From contig CM059432.1 in assembly GCA_030390025.1 (NCBI GenBank), forward strand, positions 81,780,001-81,844,000: a stretch of 64,000 nt of DNA. The letters are read 5' to 3'. This DNA comes from Squalus acanthias. Lineage: Eukaryota. This document shows positions 36,675-48,446 of this stretch, one piece after another (the first letter of the stretch is position 1; each line of letters opens with the position of its first letter). Below the pieces are notes generated by a model. That model had not been told where the DNA came from, did not search any database, and saw only the letters and a program-made list of their open reading frames with translations. Made by a program: the position numbers and the translations under genes.

Positions 36675-38275
36675 AAAAAATAGTGCTGGAGAAATTAATG
36701 GGACTGAAAGCTGATAAATCCCCAGGGCCTGATAATCTGCATCCCAGAGTACTAAAAGAGGTAGCCATGGAAATAGTGGATGCATTGGTTGTCATCTTCC
36801 AAAATTCTATGATTATGGAACAGTTCCTGCAGATTGAAGGCTGGCAAATGTAACCCCACTATTTAAAAAAGGATGGAGAGAGAAAACAGGGAACTACAGA
36901 CCGGTTAGCCTAACATCAGTAGTAGGGAAAATGCTAGAGTCTATTATAAAGGATGTGATAACAGGACACTTAGAAAATATCCACGGGATTAGACAAAGTC
37001 AACATGGATTTATGAAAGGGAAATTGTGTTTGACAAACCTACTGGAGTTTTTTGAGGATGTAACTGGTAGAATAGATAAGGGAGAACCAGTGGATGTGGT
37101 GTATTTGGATTTTCAGAAGGCCTTTGATAAAGTCCCACATAAGAGGTTAGTGTGCAAAATTAAAGCACATGGGATTGGGGGTAATATACTGGCATGGATT
37201 GAAAATTGGTTAACAGACAGGAAACAGAGAGTAGGAATAAATGGGTCTTTTTCAGGGTGGCAGGCGGTGACTCGTGGGGTACCGCAGGGATCAGCGCTTG
37301 GGCCCCAGCTATTCACAATATATATCAATGATTTGGATGAGGGAACCAAATGTAATATTTCCAAGTTTGCTGACGACACGAAACTAGGTGGCATTGTGAG
37401 TTGTGAGGAGGATGCAAAGAGGCTTCAAGGCGATTTAGACAAGTTGAGTGAGTGGGCAAATACATGGCAGATGCAGTATAATGTGGATAAATGTGAAGTT
37501 ATCCACTTCGGTAGGAAAAACAGGAAGGCAGAATATTATTTAAATGGTGATAGATTGGGAAATGTTGATGTACAAAGGGACCTGGGTGTCCTTGTACACC
37601 AGTCACTGAAAGCAAACATGCAGGTGCAGCCAGCAGTTAGGAAGGCAAATGGTAAGTTGGCCTTCATTGCAAGAGGATTTGAGTACAGGAGCAAGGATGT
37701 CTTACTACAGTTACACAGGGCCTTGATGAGACTACACCTGGAGTACTATGTGCAGTTTTGGTCTCCTTACCTAAGAAAGGATATACTTGCCATAGAGGGA
37801 GTGCAGCGAAGGTTCACCAGACTGATTCCTGGGATGGCAGGACTGTCGTATGAGGAGAGATTGGGTCGACTGGGCTTGTATTCACTAGAGTTTAGAAGAA
37901 TGAGAGGGGATCTCATTGAAATGTATAAAATTCTGACAGGGCTAGACAGACTGGCTAGGTAGGATGTTTCCCCTGGCTGGGGGGTCTAGAATGAGGGGTC
38001 ACAGTCTCAGGATACGGGGTAGGACATTTAGGACTGAGATGAGGAGAAATTTCTTCACTCAGAGGGTGGTGAACCTATGGAATTCTCTACCACAGAAGGC
38101 TGTGGAGGCCAAGTCACTGAATATATTTAAGAAGATTTCTAGACGCAAAAGGCATCAAGGGGTAATGGGGAGAGAGCGGGAATATGGTATCGAGATGGAG
38201 GATCAGCCATGATAATATTGAATGGCGGAGCAGGCGCGAAGGGCCAAATGGCCTACTCCTGCTCCAATTATCTAT
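36675..38275 (+). mobile_element. CR1 LINE 3' 1.6 kb
   Basis: Collinear ORF2 from KSPGPDNLHPRVLKE to the 3'UTR; tail continues after the MITE at 39167. Confidence 0.92.
36931..37962 (+). pseudogene. CR1 ORF2 reverse transcriptase domain (open 343 aa segment of a truncated copy)
   Basis: QHGF, YLDFQKAFDKVPH, GVPQGSALGP and KFADDTKL motifs. Confidence 0.9.
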
Positions 38276-39166
38276 GGGGGAAAAATTCAGTTGGTTGCGC
38301 CTCCCGTTAGCGCCTTAAGAGGGCGCTAATGGGGCGCAAAGCATCTAGCGCCCAGGCGCGGCGAAGTTTGCGCCGCTCGCGAAATTAACTAGACATTTTG
38401 CGGTGGCGCTAAACACTACCGCCACGATCTCCTGCGCCGGCAGATCGTGACGTCAGTCGAGTGCGCAACGCCCCGGTATCGCCCCGGAGCGGATATTGAG
38501 TGGCGCCCCCTGCCTTACCGCCTGACGCTAGCAACGACAGGTTGAGGGGAGCGTTCTGCAGTCATGAAGGGAAAGGGGGAGCGCTATTTAAAGGTGACCG
38601 CTTCCTGCCTTTTATTGTTGGTGCCATTTTTGAACTACGCATTCTGAGAGAGAGAGAGAGACTTCTGGAGAGATTCAACGTTGTGTGAAGGAGTTTTGGG
38701 TACTGAGCAGCACTTTGCAGGTTCATTTTGATTTGCCATTCCTTGTATCGATTTAGAAGAGACTGTGGGGGCTGCACTCTGAGCTCTTTGCCTGGTACTC
38801 TCCATTGTTCTTTCCAGCAGATTTGATGTGCAGGTCTCTCCAGGCCGAGATTCAAGGCTGCAATGAGTAGGATGTGGATGGAAAGCAAGATCAACCATCC
38901 CCTTTAAGAACTGGCCCGTGCCATTGTGTGTGTGTTCCGTTGCTGACTGACATTACATGAGCTTCGTCAACGCTCTGAGGTAGCGCCTCGCTCCTCGGCC
39001 TTTGCGCCTTAAGACAGGTGTGAGGCGCCTGATTTAGCGCTCCAATCACCTCCAGGGGCGATAAAAGTCAAGTTTGCAGTCGGTGGCGATAATTAGCGCC
39101 AGGCGCTAATCTTTGCGCCCGGCCGATAATTGCGCCCCAAATGGGGCGATACTGAATTTCTCCCCC
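38276..39166. mobile_element. Complete Harbinger-type MITE (891 bp)
   Basis: TIR gggggaaaaattcagt / actgaatttctccccc; TAT TSD at 38273-38275 and 39167-39169; subterminal similarity to 58815-62818. Confidence 0.9.
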
Positions 39167-41364
39167 TATGTTTCTATGCACTCAAGAAATTCGCTGCCTT
39201 TGGAACTCGAGCTGTTCTGCTTCTCCCAGTCTCTGTAAAAATTAGCCCCCCCATCATTACTACTCTGTTTTTGCTACGAGCTTCGCTGGTCTCTGTTTAT
39301 GTATCCCACTACTTTATCACTGCTATCAGACGGTCTGTAGACAACTCCCACCAAAGTCTTGCATCCTTTCTATTCCTCAATTCTACCCAGAGCATTTTTA
39401 CTGCCTGCTCACCTTACTGATATCGAATTATACATTCAATGTTATTCCGAGAGAGTATTGCAATATAATCAGTACTTTTGACTAGCAATATAAAAGATCT
39501 ATTGACAGACCATTCTACACATTTCATTAAACCTACTTCTCCTGACAGTGGGTTGAGTGCCATGCTCATTTTCAAATCCCCTCCACACCCTTACTCCTCC
39601 CCACTTTTACAGTCTTTTATATCCTAGCACACACCATCCATTTTTCTGACTCTGGTCTACCATATGTCCACCATCACTGGTAGAGATATCAGCCATCACG
39701 TCCCCACCCTCTGGAACTCGCTTCCTAAACACTTTTGCCTTGCTGCCTCTTCCCCCACCACGATTGTTTCAGGAACCAAACTGCCTCTTTTAAATCAAAG
39801 TAAATAATCTACTGATTTAAGGTACATTGTTGTATCTTAACTTAATAAAATTACTCTTTAATTATATAAGAGGGAAAACTATCACCTACATTGATGAAAG
39901 ATAATCTGACCTTTCAATTATGGTCTGCTGTTGAAAGCTAACCAGTTGGCTACTGCCCGTTAATCCTGAGAGGGCTCTCAGACCTTGGTCTGTTTTGGGA
40001 GTATTGGTTTTCCTTCAATTAAATGAACAAATTATTTTCTTTTTGTCGAGCTCAGCCTTTAAAAGAAGCTGAAGTGAAATAAAACACGAAGAATGAAGCC
40101 ACACAGAAACATAAAAGTCAATAAAGCTCCCAAGGTTGTTAAATAAAGCTTTTCCTCCTCCTTCTCCTGCTATGTAAGCACAAGTATTCATGACAGCATT
40201 GACGGAATCAATAACAAGAAATGATTGAATCTTAATCATTTTTAGTTTAACTCCTTCCTCGATGTTTCATTATTGTGCTACAGACCTAAGTGATTCCAGA
40301 GTACCTTTGAACACAAAGAAGACACTGAGGTACTCCTGTTGTGGCATGGTTCAACCAGAACACTGCTGGGCCATATGGATATGTTAAAACTATTAACTTA
40401 AGCATTTAGCAACCATTGTATTCTGGTCTGACAGCAAGCATTTAAGAATTTTAAAAATGTATTTAATTGGACGATCTAATTATGCAGAAATGTGAAGAGT
40501 GCTTTGTTTTATCACATGAGATTTTGTTTAACACAACTAAGATACATTGAACAAATTAACAAGCAAGATCTATTTAGCAGACGAGCCAATTTTCCAAATT
40601 GGTGCTCTTGATGCAGAACCCCCACCTGGGAAAAGAAAATGACAAAATCAGTCCCAATATGTTACTTTTATAAAATAAATACTATCAGGGCTGATTTTCA
40701 GAATGCACACTCTTGTAATATTATATTTTATTCGATGCGCTCCTGAGCCTTTCTTGCCAGGAGCAGATAACGATTGATCATGGGCACGCTCCCCACAGTT
40801 TCCTGATGTGTGCTCCTTGCTGAGAGAGCGTTTTCAGACAAATAGTAAGTAAAATTAAAATGTCACCGAAGTTTGAGTACGATATATTGAGGTGAATTTC
40901 TCCTCTAGCTTCAGATTTGTAATCAGTGCAAATTTTCCAACTTATGGTTTGTGGAATCCAGTATAAAGAGCTGGAAATGATTTACTCTGATCACACACTA
41001 GAATAAAAACTATCATGAACTCTCCCCAGTGCTGAGGGAACAGAGATTCCCATCAGACTGCTTTAATGCTGATAGCAAAAGCAGGTACTCGTGGGACTTG
41101 AGATTTGCTGAAAAATGAACCAAGACTAGATACTCAAGTGATTTTTATATATATATATCTGACTAGCTCATGGGTTTTGCTCTTTAGAAAAAACACATTT
41201 ACAAATTCACTACACGTGGTACACTGAGGAAATCCCCCCTGCTAATGTCTTCTTGATCATTCACAATTCCTGTGGCCAAAAGGGTGCTCAGGAAAACTGG
41301 GCCCAACCCGATGGCAGTATTGAGTTATTTGTTAGTGAGTGTATCAGAGTTTCCTATCAATTAT

Positions 41365-42099
41365 AGCACCTCCCCCCCACCCCCCGCCGACACCCCGCAC
41401 CCTCCTCCCACACCCAGCACCCTCCCCCCCACACCCGGCACCCTAATCACACCCGGCACCTTCCCCCCCGCCCCACACCCGGCAGCCCCCCCCCCCACAC
41501 CCAGCACCCTCCCCCCACACCCAGCACCCCCCCCCCCACACCCAGCACCCTCCCCCCACACGGCACCCCCCCCTCACACCCAGCACCCCCCCCCCCCACA
41601 CCCAGCACCCTCCCCCCACACACAGCACCCCCTCCCCCCCCCACACCCAGAACCCTCCCCCCACACGGCACCCCCCCCCCTCACACCCAGCACCCTCCCC
41701 CCGCATCCGGCACCCTCCCCCCCGCACCCAGCACCCTCCCCCCCACACCCAGCACCCTCCCCCCCACACCCAGCACCCTCCTCCGCATCCGGCACCCTCC
41801 CCACACACCCAGCACCACCCCCCCCCACACCCAGCACCCTCCCCCCACACGGCACCCCCCCCCTCACACCCAGCAACCCCCCCCACACCCAGCACCCTCC
41901 CCCCACACCCAGCACCCCCCCCCCACACCCAGAACCCTCCCCCCACACGGCACCCCCCCCTCACACCCAGCACCCTCCCCCCACATCCAGCACCCTCCCC
42001 CCACACCCAGCACCCTCCCCCCACACCCAGCACCCTCCCCCACACCCAGCACCCTCCCCCCACACCCAGCACCCTCCCCCCGCACCCAGCACCCTCCCC
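41365..42099. repeat. C-rich minisatellite with a unit of about 20-22 bp
   Basis: Repeated cacccagcaccctccccc(c)a variants. Confidence 0.92.
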
Positions 42100-42914
42100 T
42101 ATGGCTCAGCGGAGGTCAGTAACTTCCAACATTGGTAATCATAGACATGAATTGGAATCCTCTCTATGGACGAATGCTTTAGAGCCCCAACGCAACCTGC
42201 AATTTCATTTAAATTATTTTGGGTGCTGCGAGTGTGGTCGTATACAAGTCTTTCTGATTCAATGCAGTTTTTTCAATTTATGCGTTTGGAAACAATCAAA
42301 ATGGCGCACGACAGCTGGAGTGTAGCAACACATGACAGTGGTATTTTCAAACAGCACAGCTACAAATTAGACAGGTTTCACACAAACGCTTTCAAAACAA
42401 GACCCTCGATTTTCACCACATAACCATATCATTGCGTGCATTGCCTTAGCGGTGATCTGCCTCTCAAAACAATGGAAAAGCTTCACTTTAATATAGTCCA
42501 GCAGCTGGTGAAATGTACTCCATCAGCAGATGGTAGGTTACCCACCGATACACAGACAAACTACTCGTGATAAAAGAATGATGGAATAGGTAAAGGATTA
42601 ACCCTCATTTTATAAAATAAATAAGAACTCCCTACAGTTAACATAACATGTTGTATCTAGGGCTCCAAATGTTAAATGGAGCTCGGAACTGGTTCCAGGT
42701 AAATAAAATTCAAGCAGTTTTACATGTCATTCGCAACTTTTGGAGTTTGGGCAAGGTATGGCAAGCAGCAATAAAGTATCTTTTTTAAATAAGAAACTAG
42801 GAGGAGAATCAAGAATTAATGGTTAAGTGACAGAGCTTGGACTTTAAACACCTGTAGATTGTAGGAAAAAGGGTGGCAATCAGTTCTGTAGTTTTTGAGG
42901 TCTTTGAAAAGACT

Positions 42915-43352
42915 GAAAGAAAGACTTGCATTTATATAGCACCTTTCACAACCTCAGGATGACCCAAAGCGCATTTCAGCCAATGAAATACTTTAGAAGT
43001 GCAGTCACTGTAGCCAAGCAGCTCCCACTAATAACAATGTAATAATGACCAGATAATTTGTTTTTTGTGATGTTGATTGAGGGATAAATATTGGCCAGGA
43101 CACTAAGGATAACTCCACTGCTCTTCTAAGAAATAGTGCCATGGCATCTTTTATATCCACCTGAGAGAGCAGATAAGGCTACGGTTTAACATCTCATTCA
43201 AAAGACGGCACCTCCAACAGTGCAGCACTCTCTCAGTACTGCACTGGAGTGTCAGCCTAGATTTTTGTGCTCAAGTCTCTGGAGTGGGACTTGAACCCAC
43301 AACCTTTTGACTCAGCAGGCGAGAGTGCTACCAACTGAGCCACAGCTGACAC
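42915..43352 (-). mobile_element. DeuSINE
   Basis: Collinear with 569-1038. Confidence 0.88.
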
Positions 43353-43369
43353 TAAAGGTTAGAGACTTT

Positions 43370-44251
43370 GGGCGAGAAATTGGGCTCGTTAGCGCCCATT
43401 GTTTTGGTGCTATGTGTGCCCTTACAGCTCCAAAATGGTATCTGCGGCACGCGCACACTTGTGGGGTTAATTGCGGCGGATGCCATATTGGTGCAGGTGT
43501 TAGCGCGCGCGCAGTGAACGTCCGCCGGAAGTATGCAGAGCAGGCAGATCATGACATCAGTCAGCATGCAACACTGCGGGTGTGGTGATTTGAGTAGTGA
43601 CTGAAGCTACTGGTGCAGTTTGTAGTATATGGCATTTGAAGATGCATTCACTGACTGTGATCACTCGTGTGAGGTCATTGAACTTCTTGCAATACTGCAT
43701 CCAGGTCCTCAGGGCTTGACTCCTGGCATTGACCTCCATGGCTATCTGCTCCCACTGCCTTTTGACAATGTGTCTGGATGGCCTCCTACACTCCGCCACC
43801 CCCCGCAACCCCCACCACCCCACCCCGCGGATACAGGACATCTCTCTCCTTTCCACCTCCTCCACTGAGACCCCCAGTGCAGCATCCGAAAACTTTGGAG
43901 CCCGCTCTCTCCCCTGTTGTACCATTCCTCACTCTTCCGCAGGTCAGAATCTCTTCAACCATGACTCCCAGCACCTGCTCGAGCCACAATGAACCTCCCC
44001 TTTAAGAGGTGCAGGCTAGCTTTAAGCAGTACAGGCTAGCTTTAACTGGTGCTAGCCTCTCACGATATTGGCCCCCTGCTGATGCATCCAGCCAATGAAC
44101 AGCACGGTTAGCACTGGCTGGACGCAGAAATCATTCAAATAAGCAGGCTGCACCAAGTTGGCGTGCTGTCTGCATTGCAATCAATGGGTGTGGGTTCATC
44201 GCGCATCGCGATCCCTGCACCCATTTTTGGGGCCTACCCAAATTAGCCCCC
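43370..44251. mobile_element. Non-autonomous Harbinger element retaining Myb/SANT exon 1 (-)
   Basis: TIR gggcgagaaattggg / cccaaattagccccc; ORF 43557..43925 RAPKFSDAAL...WEQIAMEVNARS...RTWMQYCKKFNDLTRV. Confidence 0.82.
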
Positions 44252-44496
44252 TTCATATTTTGATAGACTTGGGTTTACAGTCGCATTTTGACAATATCAA
44301 AATGAATTGTGCGTGCACAAGTTTGGGCAAGTGCAGTTGTTCTCCTTTTCTTCCAGCTGTGGAATCTACCTTATAATATTGGGTATATATCCCCTGGATC
44401 TTGAAGTAAAACCACGGTATAATTAGATACTGAACTTGAATGTTCATAATTAATTCTGAATAGAATCAGTAAACCTATTTTGCAATGGAACTTAAT

Positions 44497-45222
44497 GGAC
44501 CTGAATTTGCGGTCGGAGGCTTCCCGCGGGCGAATGCCTCTGAACAGCAATAAAAGTACGAAACTACCTGATGGCTCTGTACCTACGAAGACTCACGCTC
44601 CTGGGCCTGCAGGCGTCTGCCTGCGTAAAGGCCCACGCATCCCAGGAGTGCAGGCGGTTCGCAAGCGTCCCTGGGATCACGTGGGCCGGTCCAACCAATG
44701 AGAAAGGGGGATTCCCATTATGCTTATGGGGGTTCCATTTACGTACGGAATCCCCATAAGCTTAATAGGAATGACAAAAAACACACACTTCCACACAACC
44801 TAAATAAAAATAAATCATTACATGGTCAAAATTAATTAAAATACAATGTAATGAAACATTTAAAACAAAATTAAATTTTTGGAAAAATAAATGTAAACAT
44901 TTTTAAAGGGTCCAAAATAACCTAAACTAATTTTAAAGTTTTTTTTTAAGTTTAACTGATTTTAAAACATTTATTTTAATATTTCTTTAAACCCTTATGC
45001 TGGTAAAAACAGGCCCTACGCCTACTTTTACCAGGAGTAAGGGTTTCGTGGGCATTCGCTGGGCAGTAGTTGGGCAAATAGCTCAACTCCCCACCAGTGA
45101 ATGTCCATTTCCCGGGGATTCGTGCGATCTGTCAAGTTGAAACTTGACAGATCGCAAGTTCCGGGTTTTCGCGCACAGTTTCACGGAATTTGCAGCATAC
45201 GCAGTCACATGCGATCCGGGCC
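44497..45222. mobile_element. Harbinger-type MITE with AT-rich core
   Basis: AAT at 44494-44496 and 45223-45225; imperfect TIR ggacctgaatttgc / gcgatccgggcc. Confidence 0.6.
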
Positions 45223-45697
45223 AATATCTATATTTCCATATACATTGCACTCATTAGAATTGCTACACTGTGGCCGCAAAATTTCTCGGTGATTCTGCTG
45301 GTCTCCCGCCTGTAACTCCAGCAGAAGAACCAACGGAACCCCCAGGAAGGTGGGGGAGACCCAGTTGCACCAGGCCTCTGCCATTTCTGGGAGCGTCTTG
45401 GCTACCTTGTAAAGGAATAAAACTTCTGTCCAACCCTTACAAGGCAAATGATGGCCAGAGGTGGATGGAGGTTCCTTGGACTGGAGAGGCACCGAGCATA
45501 TCAGTAGATACTGGTACACTGAATGGGGGTGTACCAGCCTCCCCAAGGGCACATGTGGCTCCCATTGCTGATGTCTAAGCCAGACAAGTGATCTGGACCT
45601 CTGAAGCGAGGCAGATATTTGTTTTAATTTTTGGAAATCTGTACCTTTTATTTAGGCAGCCAAGGAGAACGTGGCCAGGGATATATGTTCTATTTTA

Positions 45698-45808
45698 TTA
45701 CAAAAGTCAGTTCCGACAAAAGGTCATCAACCTGAAATGTTAACTCTGTTTCTCTCTCCACAGATGCAGCCTGACCTGCTGAGTATCTCCAGCATTTTCT
45801 GTTTTTAC
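45698..45808 (+). mobile_element. Very short Penelope-like 3' end with decayed hammerhead
   Basis: 11-bp TSD gttctatttta at 45687-45697 and 45809-45819; matches rc of 27880-27985. Confidence 0.75.
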
Positions 45809-45826
45809 GTTCTATTTTAATGATCA

Positions 45827-46040
45827 TTTTACTCAGAGTGGTTAGAATGTGGAACTTGCTACCACATGGAGTAGTTGAGGCGAATAGTGTAGATACATTT
45901 AAGAGAAAGCTAGATAAGTACGTGAGGGAGAAAGGAAGGATAGGGTGAGATGAAGTCAGATGGGAGGAGGCTCGTGTGGCGCATAAACACTGGCATAGAC
46001 CTGTGGAATGGTCTGTTGTTGTGCTGTAAATTCTATGTAA
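45827..46040 (+). mobile_element. CR1 3' end fragment
   Basis: ttttactcagagtggttagaatgtggaac...gtgctgtaaattctatg. Confidence 0.75.
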
Positions 46041-47181
46041 TTTTTGGATTAAGGACAATAAAAGCATTCAATGAGGATACAGAACCCTGAGCAGTGATCA
46101 TCTTATAATGACAGATGTGTTGAAATGAAGAGTCACTTCTTTGATTGTTGGTAGTGAAAGTGAATAAGTGTACACAGGGATTAAAAGTATCTAACCTTGG
46201 ACTCACAGACATTTTATGGCTTACAACAGCGATGGCAGATGGGAACAGCAAGGTCACAGGAGTGAACAATCGTGTAATACAGTAGTTTTTGTCTGAAGTT
46301 CATATATAGCCTGCCTTTACTTAAATGTTCTATACTTGGGGCAGCAGTTAAGGTCATCTTTTAACTGAGGAGAATTAGATGAGATATTAAAATTTTATAT
46401 GTTCCTAGCTATCAAATTTATATTGTGCAAGATACTTTAAAAAGGATGCGCTTTTCAACTTGGAATGATTATTTTGCAGGATAAAGTAAATCTTAACAAG
46501 AAATAAGGAAATAACTTGTACATTGCTGTGGAATCTCATGAAACCCATTAACAATAATTTGTAGCTGTTGCTTGTGGTTTACATATTTGGCTCTCTCTTT
46601 TTTCTCTCTTGTGATTTTCTCCCCTTACCCCTCCTTCCCTGAAAGCAGTAATATGGTTCTACAAATGGTGGTAACTCACCCAAGTCACAAGAGATATTTT
46701 GTTTGAGGATTGGCATTTTCCATAACCATATACAGAGTTACTTGGCATCATTGCACACAAACAGCAGGTAGTGCTGCGCCTGTTTTAGTGGCTGGGGAAG
46801 CAGTGACAAAGCTTAATGCTTTCTAAAGTTAATGAGAATACATACAGCAAGGATCCATTTATGGGACTGTCTGAGAAAATGGAAAATGTGAATTTTCTTT
46901 TCATTTTTAGATGTGGTGCAAAATTAATACTATGATTTAGAAAGAATAAATATATGTGTCGCTGTCTTCATAGTAATCCACTCAATCTATCCCAGCTGCT
47001 TTTAAAGTCAGTACTTAGCAGTATGTTCTCACAGATGCTATACTGTGCTGAGGTGGGTGTTATGCTCTTACTGATATAGTTACATCTGGTGACATCTATC
47101 ACTGGAGATGGGATGCTAAGAATGACCTGCCAACACTGACCTGCCAACTCTAGACCAAATGAGTCGAGATTTAGGGATATA

Positions 47182-47792
47182 GAGGGAAAAATTTGGACGA
47201 GTCCCCTTTGGGGTGCTAACTTCGCCGGCACGCTACTTTTAGCACCCCAAAAAGTTAGCGCCCCTGCACTGTAAATTGAGTGGTCGTGCCCCAAGCAGGA
47301 GGCGGGGCACTACTGGAAGCGCTCCCCCTCCTTCCTGGAGCGCTATCATTCAATATCACGGTGCGACATGCAACAGCGCCACGCACGTCGGCACGTAGCA
47401 CCGCGGTACTGCAGGCCTCCCTCCCCTGATTAAAGGGGAGGGGCCTAGCGCAGCGTGCATCGGGGAGCGGGGTGCCACGAAAGCAGCATGGCACTCAAGA
47501 GGAGTGCTGGGCTGACCGATCGCGGAGCAGGCGGCCCCCAAAAAAATGGCTGCCCACCACCTACCCTTTAATTTGCACCGCCGCGGCTGCAAAAACGCCA
47601 CCCTGACCCTGTCGGACATATTGTCCAGCAGTAGGTCAGAGGGCGCAACTGAAGTTTGTGGCCAGGGCGCTGCACACGGCAATGACATCATTGCGGAGAC
47701 GGAGCACCACGGGGCGCTACTGGCTACCGCCGCCGCTAGCCTCCCGCTGAATTTCACTAACATGAAGCGCAAAGCAACCCAAATTTTCCCCC
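47182..47792. mobile_element. Harbinger-type MITE
   Basis: TIR gagggaaaaatttgg / ccaaattttccccc; ATA TSD at 47179-47181 and 47793-47795. Confidence 0.82.
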
Positions 47793-47949
47793 ATAGAATT
47801 TAAATGGTGTCTGTAGAACTGGGGCCAGTGTGTAAGCAACATGCTTCAGGAGACACAGATGGGGTATGCAGGTCTCCTCCTTTGTGTCAAACTGCTTTAT
47901 ACAAATCGCAGTGTTAAAGTTAGATTTCAACAGAGCTGCAGGAAGTTTA

Positions 47950-48425
47950 AACTGGGCCCACTAAGGCACCAGTCGCTTCCTCCTTATGAGCAGCAACCCC
48001 AACTGTCCTATCCTCCTCTCTCGCCGATCTACCTGCCCAGCGGACTTGCTGGGGGCTAATCTCACCAATATTCTCTCTTGTCCTGCTCACCCACCTGTCA
48101 CTGTCCCCTTGGACTCCCGTCATCAATCACCTTTGCTTTTCTCTCTAGAATGTTTCTTCACTCGTCAACAAGGCTCTGGCCATTCACGACGACCCTATTG
48201 TGGATGATTGCCTTGACATTCTGGCTTTGACTGAAACTTGGTTCCCGGATGGTGATATCCTGCCTCCTACTGAAGCCTCCTCACCTGACTATACTTTCTA
48301 CTACCTATCCCGCCCAAACCACCATGATAGCTGTAAGGGCTTTATCACCAAATCACATCTTGGTCTCTCCCCCCACACCTCTGGTACTTTCTTCTCTTTC
48401 TTTCGGCACCTCCTGTTCCTGCCCC
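47950..48425 (+). mobile_element. L2 LINE ORF2 N-terminal (APE endonuclease) fragment, resuming at about 52612-52890
   Basis: DDCLDILALTETW motif; after the CR1, LILGDLNIH and HIHGHPLDFAI motifs. Confidence 0.72.
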
Positions 48426-48446
48426 GCACATCACATCACATCACAT

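Noticed and set aside
41272..42138. 288 aa Pro/His-rich ORF and overlapping Gly-rich ORFs
   Set aside because: Translation of a stop-free minisatellite
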